In this document: in pieces, positions 36,062 through 40,972 of the stretch | Position numbering within the stretch: position 1 is the first letter of the stretch | How the letters are laid out: every line of letters begins with the position of its first letter | DNA from: Candidatus Kapaibacterium sp. | GTDB taxonomy: Bacteria > Bacteroidota > Ignavibacteria > Palsa-1295 | Direction of reading: 5' to 3' | NCBI GenBank assembly: GCA_046590195.1 | Contig: JBKJTP010000102.1 | Location: 1-40,972 of the forward strand | DNA length: 40,972 nucleotides | The notes under the pieces: model-generated | Seen by the model: only the letters and a program-made list of their open reading frames with translations | The model's database searches: none | What the model was told of the DNA's origin: nothing | Translations under genes and position numbers: made by a program

Positions 36062-38042
36062 ACCAAAGGAGCGCGTCAAGCTGGAGTTCTCGCCAGCACT
36101 GCTCCTCATACCGCTGATCGTCGGTCTGCTAGCATTCTTATCCTACGATATGATGCTGTGGAAGATGACGCTCTATGCACCGATGTACCCTAAAGGCCTT
36201 GTCATGGAAGCCTATGGTACCAAAATACTGGGAGATCTGAGTGAGATCAACCTTCTGAATCACTATGTCGGCATGCACCCGATAACAGCGGACTCGATCG
36301 AGCTCATGTGGCTCTATCCGATGGGTGTGGCATCACTTGTGTTGGCAGGTATTACTGCAGCGATTGCGCCATCATTCCGGAAGTGGATCGCTGCAGGCGT
36401 CATGCTCATTCCCGTGAGCATGCTGGTAACAATTCAGTACTACCTCTACTACTTCGGACACAATCTCAGTCCCGATGCACCGATCGATCTGCCGCCATTT
36501 ACACCACTCGTTCTTGGCAAGAGCACGATCGTTGTGTTCAACTCCTTCTCGATCCCTGGGCCCGCGATGCTCTTCTATCTGCTCGCTGCTCTGGTGATCT
36601 GGTTCGGACCAACGATGCTCTCGAAGCTGTGGAAGCGTCGCTCACAAGCGAAGCTTGTTCATATTGCAGAAGGCAAGACCCATGCATTTCCGATGCTTCT
36701 GCTGGTTGCTTTCGTCTTTCTCACCGGCTCAGCACGTGCTAACGATCTGCAGCAAGTGATCTCCGCGGCGAAAGCTGGCGATACAGTACGTATCACCGGC
36801 TTTCACCGCGGACCGATCACGATCGAACGATCGCTCACGCTCGTCTCAAACAATAACGCAGTTATCGAAGGCGATAGGCATGGCTCGGTGATCACGGTGA
36901 AGGCGGATAATGTCACAATCATGGGGCTCACCGTGCGCAGGAGCGGATTTGAGATCCACGAGGATGCTGCAGGTATCTCGATCAGCGGTGACAATGTCAC
37001 GATCAAGGATAACAGGATCGAGGATGTCTACTTCGGGATCCATGCGACGGACTGCGGCAGCATTGTCATTAGCGGTAACCAGATCGAGCCGGGGCTGACG
37101 TACACGTCCCGGCCGGGACACGGCATCAATGTTTGGAATGTCAAGTCTGCTGATATCCGTAACAACCGGATATGGAATGCACGCGATGGTATCCTACTGA
37201 CATACGTTGAGAAGGTGCGCGTCGAGGGAAACCACGTGACAAAGTGCAGGTACGGACTGCACTCGATGTATTCAAAGGATATCGACTTTTCGAACAATAT
37301 CCTTGAGGATAATCTACTCGGCATCGCACTGATGTATTCTCAAAGCATGCTTGCGAAAGGCAATGTGATCCAGCGTCATCGCCGTGGATCCTCGCCGTAC
37401 GGCTTCCTGCTCAAGGATCTGGATAACCTGGTAATGGAAGACAACAGGATCATTGCGAATCAGATCGGCATCTTTGCCGATGCAGTGTCACTCGAGAACA
37501 ATAGCGCTTCACACGTGCGACGCAATCTCATCGCTGGCAATGAGGTCGCACTTTCCATGCAGAGCAACGTACGCCTGAACTTCTACGACAACAGTATCAT
37601 CGATAATCTTGTCGATTTCGAGAAACAGGGGGTACGGTTCAATACGGAGTGCAAATGGTCATCTGAAGGTCGTGGCAACTATTGGAGCAACTACCGCGGC
37701 TATGACAAGAATGGCGATGGCATCGGTGAGTTGGAGTACAGCGTCGAGGATTTGACTGAGCATGTGATCGATCGATCGACCGCCGCACGTGCATTTCTTT
37801 ACACTCCGTCGCATCTTACGCTCGAAAGCTCGATCCGGATGTTCCCGATCTTTCGTCCGGCACCCCTGCTCGCAGATCCGCATCCCGTCACGCAAATGCC
37901 AGCGAATGCCGCAGCATCGTTTTCGGTATCCCGTGTCGAGCAGCTGTTCGCATTTATCGGCCTAGTATTGTGGCTCGTCGGCGTAAGAGCTGTAAGAGGC
38001 TGGAGCCCTTTGCGTACCGTCACCTCATCCCATAGAAAGTAG
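36048..38042 (+). CDS. nosD: Fusion of NosB-like membrane protein and NosD
   Basis: aa 1-200: APMYPKGL...INLLNHYVGM plus TM helices; aa 232 onward: beta-helix with RYGLHSMYS, ALMYS, GNYWSNY.GYD.NGDGIGE. Confidence 0.9.
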   Translation: MRTTKPKERVKLEFSPALLLIPLIVGLLAFLSYDMMLWKMTLYAPMYPKGLVMEAYGTKILGDLSEINLLNHYVGMHPITADSIELMWLYPMGVASLVLAGITAAIAPSFRKWIAAGVMLIPVSMLVTIQYYLYYFGHNLSPDAPIDLPPFTPLVLGKSTIVVFNSFSIPGPAMLFYLLAALVIWFGPTMLSKLWKRRSQAKLVHIAEGKTHAFPMLLLVAFVFLTGSARANDLQQVISAAKAGDTVRITGFHRGPITIERSLTLVSNNNAVIEGDRHGSVITVKADNVTIMGLTVRRSGFEIHEDAAGISISGDNVTIKDNRIEDVYFGIHATDCGSIVISGNQIEPGLTYTSRPGHGINVWNVKSADIRNNRIWNARDGILLTYVEKVRVEGNHVTKCRYGLHSMYSKDIDFSNNILEDNLLGIALMYSQSMLAKGNVIQRHRRGSSPYGFLLKDLDNLVMEDNRIIANQIGIFADAVSLENNSASHVRRNLIAGNEVALSMQSNVRLNFYDNSIIDNLVDFEKQGVRFNTECKWSSEGRGNYWSNYRGYDKNGDGIGELEYSVEDLTEHVIDRSTAARAFLYTPSHLTLESSIRMFPIFRPAPLLADPHPVTQMPANAAASFSVSRVEQLFAFIGLVLWLVGVRAVRGWSPLRTVTSSHRK

Positions 38043-38050
38043 TACACATC

Positions 38051-38752
38051 ATGATCAAGATCCAGCGTCTTACGAAGCAGTTTGGGAAGGTCAATGCGCT
38101 CGATAGTGTTAACCTCACCATTGGTCGCGGAGAACTTGTCGCCGTGCTCGGACCTAACGGATCAGGCAAGTCCACGCTCTTTCGCAGCCTGCTAGGTATT
38201 CACGATTATGCGGGCAGCATTGAAATCGATGGCTTTGACCCGCTCCGTCACGGCAAGCAAGTGCGCAAAAGCATCGGTTTCATGCCACAGCACTCGGGAT
38301 TGCATGCAGATCTTACGGTGCAGGAAACACTGAGCTTCTATACGATGGTGAAGCAAAGCAGCGAGAATCGCGCGATCGATCTGCTTCAGCGAATGAACCT
38401 AGAGCATAAGCTCGATTCCAAAGTACGCGAACTCTCTGGCGGCATGCGCCAGCGCCTGGCTTTCGTTATCGCGATGCTAGCCGACCCACCGGTGCTCCTG
38501 CTCGATGAGCCGACCGCAAGCTTGGATTCCAGATCACAAGAGATGATCCTGCAGTGGCTTTCGCAGCTGCATAGGGATGGCAAAACGATCCTGATCAGCA
38601 CTCATTCGAAGCAGGACATCCTGTCTCTTGCAGTGCGCTCGATCACGCTGGAAGAGGGCAGAGTAGTAGATGATCGAAGCTACGCTGGATCAGGAGTACC
38701 TATGAACATGTCATTGGAAAATGAAGGAGCAGCAAGATGCTACAGTCATTAA
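38051..38752 (+). CDS. nosF: ABC ATPase NosF
   Basis: GPNGSGKS, LSGGMRQR, LLLDEP; position between nosD and nosY. Confidence 0.9.
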   Translation: MIKIQRLTKQFGKVNALDSVNLTIGRGELVAVLGPNGSGKSTLFRSLLGIHDYAGSIEIDGFDPLRHGKQVRKSIGFMPQHSGLHADLTVQETLSFYTMVKQSSENRAIDLLQRMNLEHKLDSKVRELSGGMRQRLAFVIAMLADPPVLLLDEPTASLDSRSQEMILQWLSQLHRDGKTILISTHSKQDILSLAVRSITLEEGRVVDDRSYAGSGVPMNMSLENEGAARCYSH

Positions 38753-39699
38753 AGATTGGATCTAAGGGCGGTGCTACAGCGATGAAGCCAATCATCCTCA
38801 AAGAACTCGCCGATGCCCGCCGTAACAAGTGGCTCCTCGGATACACGGTCTTGCTGGCAGTGCTCGGTTTGGCCGTTGCCTACACAGGACTTGGAAGTGC
38901 AGCAGGCTTATCGCTAACGATGTTTGGCCGCACAACCGCGACGTTGATCAACCTGACGCTCTTCCTCGCGCCATTGGTTGGCGTATCGCTCGGAGCAGCA
39001 ACGATCAGCGGAGAGCGAGATCAAGGCACACTGGATCACTTGCTTTCTCAGCCTATTGAACGAGGAGAGCTCCTGCTTGGGAAATACGTAGGTCTGTGGA
39101 CTTCTCTGCTCCTTGCCACGCTGATCGGCTTTGCTCCAGCGGGGGTAGTGGTTGCAGCATTCGCAGGCGTGGCTAGCTTCTACTCCTTTCTTATCTTTCC
39201 CTTACTCGCGCAACTCGTGATCTCGGCAATGTTGGCATTGGGGCTCATGATCTCGGTTCGAAGCGACGGTCGCTCGCAATCCCAGACATTCGCGATCCTC
39301 ATCTGGTTCGTCTTCGTGTTAGCGTATGATCTCTTACTGCTTAGCAGCTTCTCCATTACGAAGTTCTCTGCCGATATACTCGCGATGCTCTTGCTGCTCA
39401 ACCCGATCGATGCTGGACGCGTGCTTTCGATCCTTCTGCTTGAGCCAGATCTCTATATGCTCGGACCGGCAGGTGCATTCCTCATCGAGAGCGTTGGTGC
39501 GCTAGGCACAGGAGCGCTTCTGCTATCATCACTTCTCGTATGGACAGCCATTCCACTGATCCTCGCCAACCGCCACTTCAGGTTGCGCTCGGTGGAGATC
39601 ATCACGGATGGCGTGCCAGCAGCCTCCGAGGCGAAGGGCCTCCTCTCGAACGTGCAGGTGCTTATACTCAAAGGACGCAAGCTTCGGTCATCGACGTAA
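38737..39699 (+). CDS. nosY: ABC permease NosY
   Basis: RNKW, GERDQGTL..LLSQP, LLGKY, YD, LLNPIDA.R. Confidence 0.9.
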   Translation: MLQSLKIGSKGGATAMKPIILKELADARRNKWLLGYTVLLAVLGLAVAYTGLGSAAGLSLTMFGRTTATLINLTLFLAPLVGVSLGAATISGERDQGTLDHLLSQPIERGELLLGKYVGLWTSLLLATLIGFAPAGVVVAAFAGVASFYSFLIFPLLAQLVISAMLALGLMISVRSDGRSQSQTFAILIWFVFVLAYDLLLLSSFSITKFSADILAMLLLLNPIDAGRVLSILLLEPDLYMLGPAGAFLIESVGALGTGALLLSSLLVWTAIPLILANRHFRLRSVEIITDGVPAASEAKGLLSNVQVLILKGRKLRSST

Positions 39700-39737
39700 G
39701 TATTCTTCCGATCAACTCCCTGTTCAATTGTGCAAAA

Positions 39738-39768
39738 GAAAAGCCTGGGTCAACCCCCAGGCTTTTTC
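39738..39768 (+). terminator. Rho-independent terminator of the nos operon
   Basis: aaaagcctggg-tcaacc-cccaggcttttt. Confidence 0.85.
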
Positions 39769-39963
39769 ACTTACCTTGCCGAGGACGAGGTCATGAAGTG
39801 TTCGATTACTTTACGCTGGGGTAAGAAATGATATCGTGTGCGGCAAACAAAAAAGATGAATCATCTTCAAAAGCAAGCCAATTAGCTTCAGTTGAGCACG
39901 CACGCCCAGTGGCATATTCCTTTAATGGGTGAGAGCGGTACTCAATTATACATACGATGACCT

Positions 39964-40728
39964 ATGGAGCTAACACTAGATACGAATAACACCACTCAAT
40001 TCGCAGGCACAACGGACACACGCACGATCAAGGATATCGTGCTTGAGGATTTCCGCGCGGCAGGCGTATTTGAAAAATTTGGACTGGACTTCTGCTGCGG
40101 CGGAGGGAAAACGTTGCAGGAAGCCTGTGAAAAGAAGGGCATCGATCCCACATCAGTCCAGAAGGAGCTGAGCGCTGTGCGCAATTCATCTGCAGCAGGC
40201 GGAGTAACGCCACGATTCCAGAATTGGCCGCTGTCGCTATTGATCGACTACATCGAGGGCAACCATCACCTCTACATACGCAGTGTCTCATCCAGGATCC
40301 TGGCCCATGCGCAAAAAGTAGGCGGAACACACGCAGAGCGCTGGCCCTACACGCAGGAAGTGGCAAGTCTTTTTGCAGAAGTGTCTAGTGAACTCACATC
40401 CCATATGTTGAAAGAGGAGAAAAGCCTCTTCCCGCGGATCAAGCAGCTAGAGATCTCGGCGGATCCATCTTCGGTCGCAGCACTCGCTGGGCCGATTCAG
40501 CAAATGATGGAAGAGCACGATGGAGCCGGCGAAATACTCGACCGCATTCGTGAGCTTACAAACGAATACACTCTGCCTGAAGGTGGGTGCATGACGTTCC
40601 GTACGCTCCTCGGTGAATTGCAGGAGTTCGAGCGCGATCTGCATCAGCATGTCTTCCTCGAGAACAACATCCTCTTCCCGAAGGCGCAGCAACTGGCTTC
40701 CGCATGCACCGTGTCAAGTGCGCTATAA
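39964..40728 (+). CDS. ric: Iron-sulfur cluster repair di-iron protein (RIC/YtfE/ScdA)
   Basis: LDFCCGG, HHLYIR, HMLKEE..LFP, EHD, HVFLENNILFP. Confidence 0.95.
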   Translation: MELTLDTNNTTQFAGTTDTRTIKDIVLEDFRAAGVFEKFGLDFCCGGGKTLQEACEKKGIDPTSVQKELSAVRNSSAAGGVTPRFQNWPLSLLIDYIEGNHHLYIRSVSSRILAHAQKVGGTHAERWPYTQEVASLFAEVSSELTSHMLKEEKSLFPRIKQLEISADPSSVAALAGPIQQMMEEHDGAGEILDRIRELTNEYTLPEGGCMTFRTLLGELQEFERDLHQHVFLENNILFPKAQQLASACTVSSAL

Positions 40729-40972
40729 GCAACTTCTAAACAGGCTTGACATGCATACACTACGCTGGATCGGATTTACACTACTCATCGTAGCGACCGT
40801 TGCATCGGTCGCGTATAGCGCATCAAACCTGATCATGTAGTTGTGCGCAGTCAGCACAATCGCGTCACTTGGTATTACAGAAGTAATAGAGGAGAGAGGG
40901 AAGTAAGCCTACCCAGATCACGACGACCGGCCAAAGATTGCCGTGCAAGATGTCGTAGTTCGCTAGGATCGC

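Overview
A 41 kb accessory-looking region from an FCB-group bacterium; the T9SS-type C-terminal sorting domains point to a Bacteroidota/Ignavibacteria/Kapabacteria-like host (inference). It has four parts. (1) 1-1.7 kb is a decayed edge: a tRNA-3'-end-like fragment, a broken IS3 element and scraps of a second copy of genes found intact downstream. (2) 1.8-24.5 kb is a large copper/heavy-metal region: cupredoxin, CorE-like Cys-tailed ECF sigma with two matching promoters, CopZ-like chaperone, P1B-3 and P1B-1 ATPases, HYC_CC_PP-like leader, heavy-metal RND system, DUF305 protein and multicopper oxidase, interleaved with several uncharacterised His/Cys-rich T9SS-secreted proteins. (3) 24.6-33.1 kb is a CarH/LitR-regulated C30-carotenoid operon (crtN-aldH-crtP-acyltransferase-crtQ) with no crtM, bracketed by two near-identical hairpins. 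(4) 33.4-40.7 kb is a clade II nos cluster (nosZ, nosL, a NosB-NosD fusion, nosF, nosY) followed by ric. All calls come from motif recognition by eye; no database searches were run.
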